Positions 7,884 to 16,521 of a stretch of 64,000 nucleotides of DNA are shown one piece after another. The stretch is taken from NCBI GenBank assembly GCA_050248355.1, contig JBFWSN010000004.1, positions 81,151 to 145,150 of the forward strand. The letters are read 5' to 3'. The stretch's first letter is position 1. Every line of letters begins with the position of its first letter. A program made the position numbers and the translations under genes. The notes below the pieces were generated by a model. That model ran no database searches. It saw only the letters and a program-made list of their open reading frames with translations, and was not told the DNA's origin. The stretch comes from Dehalococcoidia bacterium. GTDB taxonomy: Bacteria > Chloroflexota > Dehalococcoidia > UBA2979.

Positions 7884-9404
7884 ATGGAGGAACATGTGAG
7901 CGTTGCGGGCCCGGGAGGGCCGCTACCTGAACAACCAGCCGGCAGTGAAGCCGAGGGTGCCGACCGGGGCGCCGTCGAGGGCCGCTCCGCGCTCTACCGC
8001 GCGGTGTGGCGTTGGCATTTCTATATCGGGATCTTCGTGATCCCCGTGCTCATCCTGCTGTCCCTCAGCGGCCTCGTGTATCTGCTGAAACCGCAGATCG
8101 ATGGCCTGGTCTACGGAGATACGAGGACCGTGCAACCTGCGGACTCCGTCGTGTCCTACCAGGAACAGCTTGAGCATGTGCAGGCACGTTTCCCGGACGA
8201 GCCCGTCGTCGCGGTGGTGCCGCCCGTCGCCGAGGATCGGGCGACCGAGTTCTACCTCGACAACGGCGGGACCGGGGGGTTTCTCCCGGCCGGTCGGACC
8301 GTGTACGTCGACCCGTATAGCGGCGACATCGTCGGCTCGAAGAACAACGCGTTCGACCCCTCGCAGATCGCTGTCCAGGTACACGGCTCCCTCATCAGTG
8401 CCGCGTGGTTGGGTGACGAGAAGTGGGGCGATCGGCTCGTCGAACTCGTGGCGTCGTTTACCGTCCTCCTGCTGGTCACCGGCGTCTTTCTCTGGTGGCC
8501 TCGCGGGCGTGCTGGACGGTCCCTTCGAGGCACGCTCATCCCCCGCCTCGACGTGAAGACACGCGTGCGCTGGCGCGACATGCATGCCATCACTGGCATC
8601 GTGTTCGTGCCGGTCCTCGCGTTCTTCCTGCTCACCGGGCTCGCGTGGGCCGGGGTCTGGGGGCCGTCGTATGGCAAGGTCATCAATGCCATCGGCGCGA
8701 GCTATCCCGCGGAGATCTTCGACGGCGTGCCTTCGCAGACGGTCGGCGACGTGAACGGCGAAGGCGGGCGCTCCTGGGCCCAGAGCGCGCTACCCGCATT
8801 GCCCTCCGGTGGACACGCGAACCACTCGCAGGGACTCGCCTGGAACGCGGCGGACGGCGCGCCGCTCGATGCAATCGTCGCGTCGGTGGAAACGATGGGA
8901 TTCCAGCCCGGATATACCATCTTCTTCCCGGCAGACGAGACCGATAGCTACAACGCCGCTCAGTTCCCGGACGGTCCGCGCCCGAACCAGAGCGCATTCG
9001 ACGAGCGCTACGCGTACATCGATCAGTACACCGCCGAGCCGCTCGCGGACGCCCCGTTCTCGCAGTTCGGCCTGATGGCGAAAGCCACCGACTGGGGCAT
9101 CTCCCTCCACGAGGGAAGGGAGTGGGGCGTTCTGAGCCAGATCCTCATGGGCGTCGCCACGCTGTCGCTCCTCGTGTCGATAGGCACTGCGGTGGTGATG
9201 TGGGTGAAACGTCGGCCTGCTGGACTCGGCGCGCCCCGCCGCGTCTACTCGCGCTCCGCGCTCATCGGGTTGCTCACCATCACGGCAACGCTGGGGATGC
9301 TGTTCCCGCTGATGGGGATGGCCCTCATCGGCATCATCGCGTTTGACTACGCCGTGCTCCGGCGGCTGCCTCCGCTGGCACGGGCACTGGGGGTGGCGCC
9401 GTGA
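7884..9404 (+). CDS. PepSY-associated TM helix domain protein (PiuB-like)
   Basis: ALYRAVWRWHFYIGIFVIPVLILLSLSGLVYLLKPQIDG is the hallmark N-terminus. There are four TM segments with large extracytoplasmic loops. Start taken at MEEHVSV (7884) rather than the ORF-track 7593. Confidence 0.8.
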   Translation: MEEHVSVAGPGGPLPEQPAGSEAEGADRGAVEGRSALYRAVWRWHFYIGIFVIPVLILLSLSGLVYLLKPQIDGLVYGDTRTVQPADSVVSYQEQLEHVQARFPDEPVVAVVPPVAEDRATEFYLDNGGTGGFLPAGRTVYVDPYSGDIVGSKNNAFDPSQIAVQVHGSLISAAWLGDEKWGDRLVELVASFTVLLLVTGVFLWWPRGRAGRSLRGTLIPRLDVKTRVRWRDMHAITGIVFVPVLAFFLLTGLAWAGVWGPSYGKVINAIGASYPAEIFDGVPSQTVGDVNGEGGRSWAQSALPALPSGGHANHSQGLAWNAADGAPLDAIVASVETMGFQPGYTIFFPADETDSYNAAQFPDGPRPNQSAFDERYAYIDQYTAEPLADAPFSQFGLMAKATDWGISLHEGREWGVLSQILMGVATLSLLVSIGTAVVMWVKRRPAGLGAPRRVYSRSALIGLLTITATLGMLFPLMGMALIGIIAFDYAVLRRLPPLARALGVAP

Positions 9405-9520
9405 CCGCTCTGCGTCTGCTTCGGCTGGCCGCGACCAGCCTCGCCTTCCTGATCATTTCGTTCGGCGCGATCTGGGTCGCCGAGCAATTGGTGCTCCAGC
9501 ACCTGAGCTGGATCGGCTAG
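9401..9520 (+). CDS. small (39 aa) single-TM peptide, translationally coupled to the PepSY gene
   Basis: Own translation: VTALRLLRLAATSLAFLIISFGAIWVAEQLVLQHLSWIG. The GTG overlaps the PepSY stop as GTGA. GC3 is about 85%. Too short for the ORF track. Confidence 0.35.
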   Translation: MTALRLLRLAATSLAFLIISFGAIWVAEQLVLQHLSWIG

Positions 9521-9630
9521 CGCGCAGTCGATCCGCGGCGCCCGCGGTTCGGAGAGGGAGGCACGGTCTCCGTGCCTCCCTCAACATCCCAGGCCCGCGA
9601 GCCTTGCCCGCTCCCGCCTCTCGGCCCTCG

Positions 9631-9676
9631 CGCGCTACCATCGGCACGCGCGGGCTGGGAGGTTCCAATGAGCGCC
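9631..9676 (+). repeat. 46-nt direct repeat, right copy (functional 5' end of the monooxygenase gene)
   Basis: CGCGCTACCATCGGCACGCGCGGGCTGGGAGGTTCCAATGAGCGCC. It contains the SD and the ATG (9668) of the downstream CDS. Confidence 0.8.
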
Positions 9677-11446
9677 GCTGACGAGGTCAACGCCTGGCTG
9701 TCGAACTTCGGCGGCGCACTCGCCCGCCGCAATGTCGGCGCCGCCCTCGACTGCCTCACCGACGACTGCCACTGGCGCGACCTCGTCGCCTTCAGCTGGA
9801 ACATCGCCACCTTCGAGGGCCCCGACGCCATCCGCGCGATGCTCGACGCCCGCCTCCCCGACGTCGTCCCCGCGGACTGGTCCCTCGACGGCGAACCCAC
9901 CGAGACAAGCGGCCTCGTCGAAGCCTGGCTCCGCTTCGAGACCGCCGTCGGCCGCGGCCGCGCCTGCGTCCGCCTCCGCGACGGCAAGGCCTGGACCCTC
10001 TTCACCACCCTCGAGGAACTCACCGGCTTCGAGGAGCGCCGCGGCGCCAGCCGCGAGCTCGGCGTCCAGCTCGGCGCGACGAAGGAGCGCGTCACCTGGG
10101 CCCAGCGCCGCGCCCGCGAGCGCGAGGAGCTCGGGCGCACCGTCCAGCCATACGTCGTGGTCATCGGTGGCGGCCAGGGCGGCCTCGGCCTCGGCGCGCG
10201 CCTCCGACGCCTCGGCGTCCCCACCCTCATCGTCGAGCGCAACGCCCGCGCAGGCGACTCGTGGCGCAACCGCTACGACTCGCTCACCCTCCATGACCCC
10301 GTCTGGTACGACCACATGCCGTACCTCCCCTTCCCCGACCACTGGCCCGTCTACACGCCGAAGGACCAGATGGGCGACTGGCTCGAGGCGTACGCCACCA
10401 TCATGGAACTCAACGTGTGGTGCTCCACCGAGTGCCTTAACGCCCGCTACGATCCCGAAGGCGGCGAGTGGTCGGTGGTCGTGGACCGCGAGGGCGAACG
10501 CATCGTCCTCCGACCCCGCCACCTCGTCCTCGCCACCGGCATGTCCGGCATGCCGAACATGCCCGCCATCCCCGGCGTCGACACCTTCGAGGGCGACGCC
10601 TTCCACTCCAGCCAGTACCGCACCGGCGCCCCCTACCGAGGTAAGCACGCCGTCATCCTCGGCGCGAACAACTCCGCCCACGACATTGCCCAGGACCTCT
10701 GGGAGCACGACGCCGCCAGCATCACCATGGTCCAGCGCTCCGGCACCACCGTCGTCCCCGGCGGGCGAGGTGGCACTGGCCTCTACTCCCAGGACGCCGT
10801 CGACCGAGGCGTCTCCACCGACCAGGCCGACCTCATCGCCGCCTCGATGCCCTACGCCCTCGCCGTCGCCCCCGCCATCGAGAACACGAAGCGCCTCCGC
10901 GCCGCCGAGGCCGCCTACTACGCCCGCCTCGAGGCCGCCGGCTTCCTCCTCGACTGGGGCGAGGACGAAAGCGGCATCGGCATGAAGTACGCCCGCCGCG
11001 GCTCCGGCTACTACATCGATGTCGGCGGCTCCGACCTCGTCATCCGCGGCGAGGTCAAACTCCGCACCCACGTCGGCATCGAGCGCCTCAACCAGCGCTC
11101 GGTCACCCTCACCGACCACACCGAGCTGCCCGCCGACCTCGTCGTCTACGCCACCGGCTACGGCTCGATGAACGGCTGGGCCGCGAAGCTCATCTCACAG
11201 GACGTCGCCGACCGCGTCGGCAAGGTCTGGGGCCTCGGCTCAGGCACCGCCTACGACCCCGGCCCCTGGGAAGGCGAACTCCGCAACATGTGGAAACCCA
11301 CTCAACAGCCCGGCCTCTGGTTCCACGGCGGCAACCTCGCCCAGTCCCGCCTCTACTCCAAATACCTCGCCCTCCAGCTCAAAGCCCGCTTCGAGGGCCT
11401 CCCAACCCCCGTCTACGCGCTGCCGAAAGTGCACCATCCGAGGTAG
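9668..11446 (+). CDS. NAD(P)/FAD-dependent (flavin-containing) monooxygenase with N-terminal NTF2/SnoaL-like domain
   Basis: Dinucleotide fold YVVVIGGGQGGLGLGARL. DSWRNRYDSLTLHDPVWYDHMPYLPFP is typical of the FMO/BVMO-like group. Start at ATG 9668, preceded by GGGAGG. Confidence 0.8.
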   Translation: MSAADEVNAWLSNFGGALARRNVGAALDCLTDDCHWRDLVAFSWNIATFEGPDAIRAMLDARLPDVVPADWSLDGEPTETSGLVEAWLRFETAVGRGRACVRLRDGKAWTLFTTLEELTGFEERRGASRELGVQLGATKERVTWAQRRAREREELGRTVQPYVVVIGGGQGGLGLGARLRRLGVPTLIVERNARAGDSWRNRYDSLTLHDPVWYDHMPYLPFPDHWPVYTPKDQMGDWLEAYATIMELNVWCSTECLNARYDPEGGEWSVVVDREGERIVLRPRHLVLATGMSGMPNMPAIPGVDTFEGDAFHSSQYRTGAPYRGKHAVILGANNSAHDIAQDLWEHDAASITMVQRSGTTVVPGGRGGTGLYSQDAVDRGVSTDQADLIAASMPYALAVAPAIENTKRLRAAEAAYYARLEAAGFLLDWGEDESGIGMKYARRGSGYYIDVGGSDLVIRGEVKLRTHVGIERLNQRSVTLTDHTELPADLVVYATGYGSMNGWAAKLISQDVADRVGKVWGLGSGTAYDPGPWEGELRNMWKPTQQPGLWFHGGNLAQSRLYSKYLALQLKARFEGLPTPVYALPKVHHPR

Positions 11447-11452
11447 TGCGAC

Positions 11453-12091
11453 ATGCGCCCATAGGCCGCAAGCAGACCGAAGGAGTACAAGGGGGATCGC
11501 ACGACGCTCTTAAGCGACAAACGGGCGAATGTCCGCGCTGCCATACGCCTCTATCGGAAGAACCACCTGCCGACAGCTCAGCAGGAGACCGCGTTCTTTG
11601 GCAATCGACGCAGGCGAACCCTGCGCGATGCCATCACTGACGCAGCCCACAGCAACACACCGAGCGGAAAGAGACATAACCATCAACGTCGGATCCCCGG
11701 GGCCGTGTTAGCGGAGTTCGCCAAGGGGCTATTGGAGCAGGAGGCTCTAATACAGCGAGCGAAGTCATTCGATGAACTTCACGCTCTCGTTTCGAACTCG
11801 CGTATTTCGGGGGTTGGGGATCTAACGTGTTACGACGTTGCCCATCGCATCGGCGCCTACCTGCGCCTTAAGCCCACGATGGTCTACCTACATGCCGGGG
11901 CCGATGGCGGAGCCAAGGTATTGGGACTTGCGCGCCGCCGCGGTCGTTTGCTTGTCGAGGGACTTCCTCTTGAGTTCCAAGACCTCTCGCCCGAGGAGGT
12001 GGAGGACATCCTCTGTATCTTCAAATCGTTCTTCGTGACGGGCGAACTGAACGGCCGCGGATGCGGCTGCGGACCAAAGGCAATCTGCTGA
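11453..12091 (+). pseudogene. low-GC orphan gene with an in-frame TAG at codon 4 (HhH-like GVGDLTCYDVAHRIG motif)
   Basis: The frame of ORF 11705..12091 stays open back to 11465 without any ATG, GTG or TTG. ATG CGC CCA TAG at 11453-11464 is in the same frame. Local GC is clearly lower than in the neighbouring genes. Confidence 0.4.
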
Positions 12092-12264
12092 CTGGACCAG
12101 TGTCGTGAGACCGACCCGACAAACGCGCCGAGTCCGAGACGCGACGCAGCCTGGTCCTAGTGTTCACCAGAGGTGTCGCCGTCCACGATCGCGCTGTCGG
12201 AGGCGTTCGTGATACGCAGCGCGCGTAGCCTGCCTCGACGGTCACCAAGCTTCGAAAGGCCAAC

Positions 12265-12825
12265 ATGAACGCCATCGCCTACATCACCACCCAGGCCGAA
12301 GCGCTCCCCGCCCACCTCCACCGCCGCCTCGACGGCCTCACCGAGGAGCAACTCGTCTGGCGCCCCGCCCCCCGCGCCAACCACATAGGCTTCATCGTCT
12401 GGCACTGCCTCCGCGCCTGCGACTGGCAACTCGGCCGCGTCCGAGGCGTCACCCCCGACCTCGAGGTCTGGCATACCGCCGGCTTCCGCGACCGCACCGG
12501 CTACGACCCCCGCGGCCTCGGCTCCCGCGGCATCGGCATTGGCACTGGCTACACCCTCGCCATGGTCGACGCCGTCCCCGCCGACGCGCAGCTCCTCGAG
12601 GACTACGCCGCCGCCATCTCGCAGGCCTACGTCGCTCACCTCGCGACCATGACCGACGACGGCCTCGACGCCCCGCTCCCCGTCCCCGAGGGCGCACCGC
12701 CCCAGCACGCCTTCAACGCCATCGACACCGCCATCCGCCAGTTCCACCAGCACATGGGCGAATGCGACTACCTCCGAGGCCTCCTGGGCATCCCCGACCC
12801 CACCATGCCCCGCGACGAGGAATAA
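12265..12825 (+). CDS. DinB family (DinB_2 four-helix bundle) protein
   Basis: LDGLTEEQLVWRPAPRANHIGFIVWHCLRACDW shows the conserved His pattern of DinB-like metalloproteins. Confidence 0.8.
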   Translation: MNAIAYITTQAEALPAHLHRRLDGLTEEQLVWRPAPRANHIGFIVWHCLRACDWQLGRVRGVTPDLEVWHTAGFRDRTGYDPRGLGSRGIGIGTGYTLAMVDAVPADAQLLEDYAAAISQAYVAHLATMTDDGLDAPLPVPEGAPPQHAFNAIDTAIRQFHQHMGECDYLRGLLGIPDPTMPRDEE

Positions 12826-12831
12826 CTCCCC

Positions 12832-13389
12832 CTGGACCACGACGACCACGTCGCCCTTCTCCGCGGCGCCATCCCCGCCGAGGACCGCCCCTCCGAGGAG
12901 CCCCCCGTCTGGGCTGACTTCGGCGCCGGCTGGGGCGCCTTCACCCTTGCCCTCGCCGACCTCCTCGGCCCCGGCGCGCCCATCCACGCCATCGACCGCG
13001 ACGCCGGCGCCCTCCGCCGCAACGCCGAGGCCATGCGCATCCGCTTCCCCGAGGTCCACGCCACCCACCATCTCGCCGACTTCACTCGCCCCGCCGACCT
13101 CGAACGCCTCGCCCTTCCACCCCTCGCCGGCTTCGTCGCCGCCAACTCACTCCACTTCCACCCCGACCCCCTCGAAGTCCTCCGCCTTCTCCGCACCACC
13201 CTCCGACCCGGCGGCCGCGCCGCCGTCATCGAATACAACATCCACCGAGGCAACCCCGCCGTCCCCCACCCCATCCCCTACGACCGATGGCGCGACCTCG
13301 CCACCGCCGCCGGCTTCGCCCACACCCAACTCCTCGCCACCCGCCCGAGCCGCTTCCTCCGCGAAATCTACTCAGCCGTCAGCTGGTAG
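12832..13389 (+). CDS. class I SAM-dependent methyltransferase (non-canonical CTG start or read-through from DinB)
   Basis: SAM motif I (VWADFGAGWGAFTLALADLL, about 12900) lies upstream of the first ATG (13033). The frame is open from the DinB TAA. The only candidate start is CTG at 12832, with GAGGAA 9 nt upstream. Confidence 0.65.
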   Translation: MDHDDHVALLRGAIPAEDRPSEEPPVWADFGAGWGAFTLALADLLGPGAPIHAIDRDAGALRRNAEAMRIRFPEVHATHHLADFTRPADLERLALPPLAGFVAANSLHFHPDPLEVLRLLRTTLRPGGRAAVIEYNIHRGNPAVPHPIPYDRWRDLATAAGFAHTQLLATRPSRFLREIYSAVSW

Positions 13390-13399
13390 GACCACCGTC

Positions 13400-13458
13400 C
13401 ACGTCCCCCTCGCCCGCGAAGTGGGAGAGGGGCCAGGGGTGAGGGAACAGCGCACCGC
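13400..13458. repeat. REP-like intergenic hairpin element, copy 2
   Basis: CACGTCCCCCTCGCCCGCGAAGTGGGAGAGGGGCCAGGGGTGAGGGAACAG. See copy 1 at 6121..6179. Confidence 0.6.
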
Positions 13459-13494
13459 CCCCGCGACCAACCCTCCGAGGCGTGAGGGGGATTC

Positions 13495-13517
13495 AAAGGG
13501 GGACGAAGTCCCCCTTT
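13495..13517. terminator. perfect 10-bp hairpin between convergent genes
   Basis: AAAGGGGGAC-gaa-GTCCCCCTTT, nested inside an outer CCCTCC/GGGAGG pairing. It lies between the methyltransferase stop (13389) and the LLM oxidoreductase stop (13658). Confidence 0.35.
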
Positions 13518-13657
13518 CCGGGGCGGGAGGGTGGGTCTTCCGAAAAGGACAGCCGGGCCGCGGAGCGGCCCGCCCACCACGGCCCGCGCAGCGGGCCGCT
13601 CCGGCGTCGGCGCCAGCCGCCGCCTCCGGCCAGCGCGCAAGCGCGTCCGGGCGCGCC

Positions 13658-14698
13658 CTACGAAGCCTCCCCCTCCACCTCGCCCACCAACGACAACAAC
13701 CGCTCGAGGTCCGCCAGCCGCTCCCCGTTGTTCGCCCCCCGCAGCCCCACCCGCAGCGAGTCGATGCCCGCGTCGCGGTACGCCCGCAGCCGCTCCTTCA
13801 CCGTTGAGTCCGTCCCGAGGAGATTCGTCCGCCACGCCAGCTCCGGTGGCACCAGGTCTTGCGCCTCCTCGCGCCGCCCCTCCAGCCACAGCCGGTGCAC
13901 CTCCCGCACCACCTCGTACCCCTGCCGCGCGAACGCCGCTACATAGAAGTTCCGCTCCGGCGCGCCCATCGCCCCGAATGTGAACGCGTACCCCCTCGCG
14001 TGCCGCTTCGTCACCGCCTCGAGGTCGTCATCGAACTCCAGCGACACCGGCGCCTGCAGTTCCAGCTCCGACAGCGCCCGACCCGCCCGCTCTGCCCCCG
14101 CGCGGAGGTGGTCGAAGAATGCCGCCCCGGTCTCCGGTACGAAGCAATTCCCGATCCACCCGTCCGCGATCTCCCCCGTCAGCCGCAGGTTCCGCGGCCC
14201 CACCGCCGCGATATAGATCGGCACCCGTCGAGGCGGCGCGCTCGACCGCATCGGCCGGGCGTCTCCTGGCAGCGGCGCCTGGTACACCCGCCCCGAATAC
14301 GCCACCCGCTGACCGCTCGTCATCTGCCGCACCAGCTCCACCAGCTCGCGCGTCCGGCGCAGCGGCGCCTCGAACGGCACCCCGTCCCACCCCTCCATGA
14401 TCTGCGGCGTGCTCGTCCCCAGCCCCAGCACGAACCGGTCCCCCGACATCGAGGCCAGCGACAGCGCCGTCATCGCCGTCAGCGCCGGCGTCCGCGCCCC
14501 GATCTTCAGGATGCTCGTCCCCAGTCGCACCCTCGAGGTCTGCCCCGCGACGTACGCCAGCGGCGTCGCCCCGTCCCACCCCCACGCCTCCCCCGTCCAG
14601 ATCGAGTCAGCCCCCAGCCGTTCCGCCTCCACGGCGAACCGCGCCGCGCTCGCCCAGTCGTCCGGCGCATCCCAGTTCAGGTGCACCCCGATCTTCAT
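13658..14698 (-). CDS. LLM class F420-dependent oxidoreductase (luciferase-like monooxygenase family)
   Basis: MKIGVHLNW...RLGADSIWTGEAWGWDGATPLAYVAGQTSRVRLGTSILKIGARTPAL is the typical LLM TIM-barrel N-terminus. Confidence 0.85.
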   Translation of the reverse strand: MKIGVHLNWDAPDDWASAARFAVEAERLGADSIWTGEAWGWDGATPLAYVAGQTSRVRLGTSILKIGARTPALTAMTALSLASMSGDRFVLGLGTSTPQIMEGWDGVPFEAPLRRTRELVELVRQMTSGQRVAYSGRVYQAPLPGDARPMRSSAPPRRVPIYIAAVGPRNLRLTGEIADGWIGNCFVPETGAAFFDHLRAGAERAGRALSELELQAPVSLEFDDDLEAVTKRHARGYAFTFGAMGAPERNFYVAAFARQGYEVVREVHRLWLEGRREEAQDLVPPELAWRTNLLGTDSTVKERLRAYRDAGIDSLRVGLRGANNGERLADLERLLSLVGEVEGEAS

Positions 14699-14807
14699 CG
14701 AAGCCTCCTAGACCGACCCGCGATGTGGCCGGCATCATACCCCGCCCTCGTCGCCCCTCGGCCGTTTGGAGTCGGGTACCATCGCCCTGAGCAGCGGAGG
14801 AGACGAA

Positions 14808-15437
14808 ATGGCCCTCAGAAGGTCGGGTTACGGTGTCGCCGTGCTGGCTGGCGCCCTGGCGCTCGCGGTGCTCGTCGCGGGCGTCACGTTCGCCCGAGCA
14901 CAGACCGCGAATAGCACCTCGATCACCGCTTGCGTGAATCGCTACACCGGGTTCGTCCGGATCGTCAATTCGGGTTCCTGCTGGGCCCCGCTCGAGAACA
15001 CGCTGACGTGGGACCGGCAAGGGCCGTCCGGCCCCACGGGCCCCACCGGCGTCGTGGGCCCCAGCGGACTGCAGGGGCCGCCAGGCACTCCCCTCCCCGG
15101 GTCACTCTCCGGGTTCGAGGTCGTGCGCGCCATCAAAACCTACGAGGACGCGACCTACGCGACCGTCCCCCAGGTGGACGCCTCCGCCACGTGCCCCGAG
15201 GGCAAGATGGCCATCGGCGGCGGGGTCTCCATCGACGTCAGCAACGGGCCCAGTCTTGACGACTTCAAGCGCGTCCACGTCCGCTACGCGTTCGCGGTGC
15301 CCGCCGTTCCCCCGGACCCCCCGATGTCCGGCATTCCCTCGTCGTTCCAGGTCGGCGGCGCGCTGGACGAGACGTTCGTCGGTCCTGCCACCATCACCGT
15401 CAGTGCCTGGGCCCATTGCGCCATCGTCGCGCCGTAG
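14808..15437 (+). CDS. secreted protein with a short collagen-like (G-X-Y)8 tract
   Basis: GGAGGAG lies 6 nt upstream of ATG 14808. There is a signal or TM helix (VAVLAGALALAVLVAGVTFARA), then ACVNRYTGFVRIVNSGSCW, then GPSGPTGPTGVVGPSGLQGPPGTP, then a globular tail of about 130 aa. Confidence 0.6.
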   Translation: MALRRSGYGVAVLAGALALAVLVAGVTFARAQTANSTSITACVNRYTGFVRIVNSGSCWAPLENTLTWDRQGPSGPTGPTGVVGPSGLQGPPGTPLPGSLSGFEVVRAIKTYEDATYATVPQVDASATCPEGKMAIGGGVSIDVSNGPSLDDFKRVHVRYAFAVPAVPPDPPMSGIPSSFQVGGALDETFVGPATITVSAWAHCAIVAP

Positions 15438-15464
15438 AGGCGGCTCGCCCCCGACGGCCGCCTC
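15437..15464 (+). terminator. hairpin after the collagen-like gene
   Basis: GAGGCGGC-N12-GCCGCCTC starts at the stop codon. No clear U-tract. Confidence 0.3.
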
Positions 15465-15544
15465 GCCTTGACCGTACTTCCCACGCCTGTCGAAGTGAGA
15501 CCGGCGCTCGCCACACGGGCCGGCCTCCGCTATCTCTGGCTCCT

Positions 15545-15585
15545 GCCCTCTTCCCTTGAGGGGAGAGAGCGGGCGAGGAGGGTGG
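15545..15585. repeat. possible diverged third REP-like copy (inverted orientation)
   Basis: The reverse complement CCACCCTCCTCGCCC-N15-GGGAAGAGGGC shares the CCTCGCCC and GGGA(R)AGGG arms with copies 1 and 2. Confidence 0.3.
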
Positions 15586-15634
15586 CGCGGTAGAGCGCTG
15601 TAACGAGGCAATCGCGACGAGGGATTGACCACCC

Positions 15635-16432
15635 GTGCCCGACGAACTCCTCCCCGGACTCTGGTGGCTCGACCGCACCCGAGGCTGCAACGTCTACCTC
15701 CAGCGCACCCTCGATGACGGCGCGGTCATCGTCGACACCGGATTCGGCTCCAACGGCCGTGTCATTCGGGACCAGGTGCGCGCGCTCGGCTTCGAGGGCA
15801 GCGTGCGCGCCATCCTCCTCACCCACCGTCACGTCGACCACACCGGCGCCGCCGCCTCCCTCGTCCAGTCGCTCGGCGCCCCCGTCGTCGCCGGACTCGG
15901 CGACTGCCACACCAGCGCTGAGGGCGTAACGACGCTCGCCCGTGACTGGTCCCCGCCCGCACTCATCCGCCGCCCCATCGGCATGCTGCTCGGCATCGGC
16001 GGCTCGCATCGCCCCGTCCCCATCGCCCGCCCCATCGACGCCGAGACCGAGGTTGCCCCGGGCATCCTCGCCATCCCCGCCCCCGGCCACACCGAGGGGA
16101 CCCTCTGCTACATCGCCGCCGAGACCGGCGCCACCTTCGTCGGCGACCTCTGCATCAGCTACCACGACCGCCTCGTCCGCAGCATGCGCCTCGCCAACGA
16201 CAGCCATCGAGGCTACATGCGGTCGCTCCGCCAGCTCTCCCCGCGGGTCGGCGACGTCGGCCTCCCCGGCCACGGCTACCCCGTCCTCAGCGGCTTCCGC
16301 GACCGCTTCCGTGCCCTCCCTGCCGTCGCCGCCGACCTCGCGAGCCCCCGCCCGTCCCCGCTGCGGCGCGTTCGCACCTTTCTCACCTTCGCCGGCTTCG
16401 TCCTCCGCCCGCGCCGCAGCGGCCGCCCCTGA
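15635..16432 (+). CDS. MBL-fold metallo-hydrolase
   Basis: GTG start. The HxHxDH motif is present as LLTHRHVDHTGAA. A downstream PGHTEG is typical of the beta-lactamase fold. Confidence 0.8.
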   Translation: MPDELLPGLWWLDRTRGCNVYLQRTLDDGAVIVDTGFGSNGRVIRDQVRALGFEGSVRAILLTHRHVDHTGAAASLVQSLGAPVVAGLGDCHTSAEGVTTLARDWSPPALIRRPIGMLLGIGGSHRPVPIARPIDAETEVAPGILAIPAPGHTEGTLCYIAAETGATFVGDLCISYHDRLVRSMRLANDSHRGYMRSLRQLSPRVGDVGLPGHGYPVLSGFRDRFRALPAVAADLASPRPSPLRRVRTFLTFAGFVLRPRRSGRP

Positions 16433-16521
16433 GTGCCAGTTGCCCCTTGACACGTCCGGGCCGGCCCCTGTGACCGGATAGGCGCGAAAATTCGCCTCGA
16501 AACGCTCGAAGCAACCACGGA

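Noticed and set aside
9635-11119. A 494-aa minus-strand ORF and the 417-aa alternate-frame ORF 9732..10985 overlapping the monooxygenase.
   Set aside because: These are Ala/Gly/Asp/Val- or Ser/Pro/Ala/Thr-rich shadow frames of a well-supported plus-strand gene. The same reasoning rejects 12157..13071, 15530..16453, 13859..14914, 34943..35836, 37825..38922, 42784..43794 and similar ORFs.
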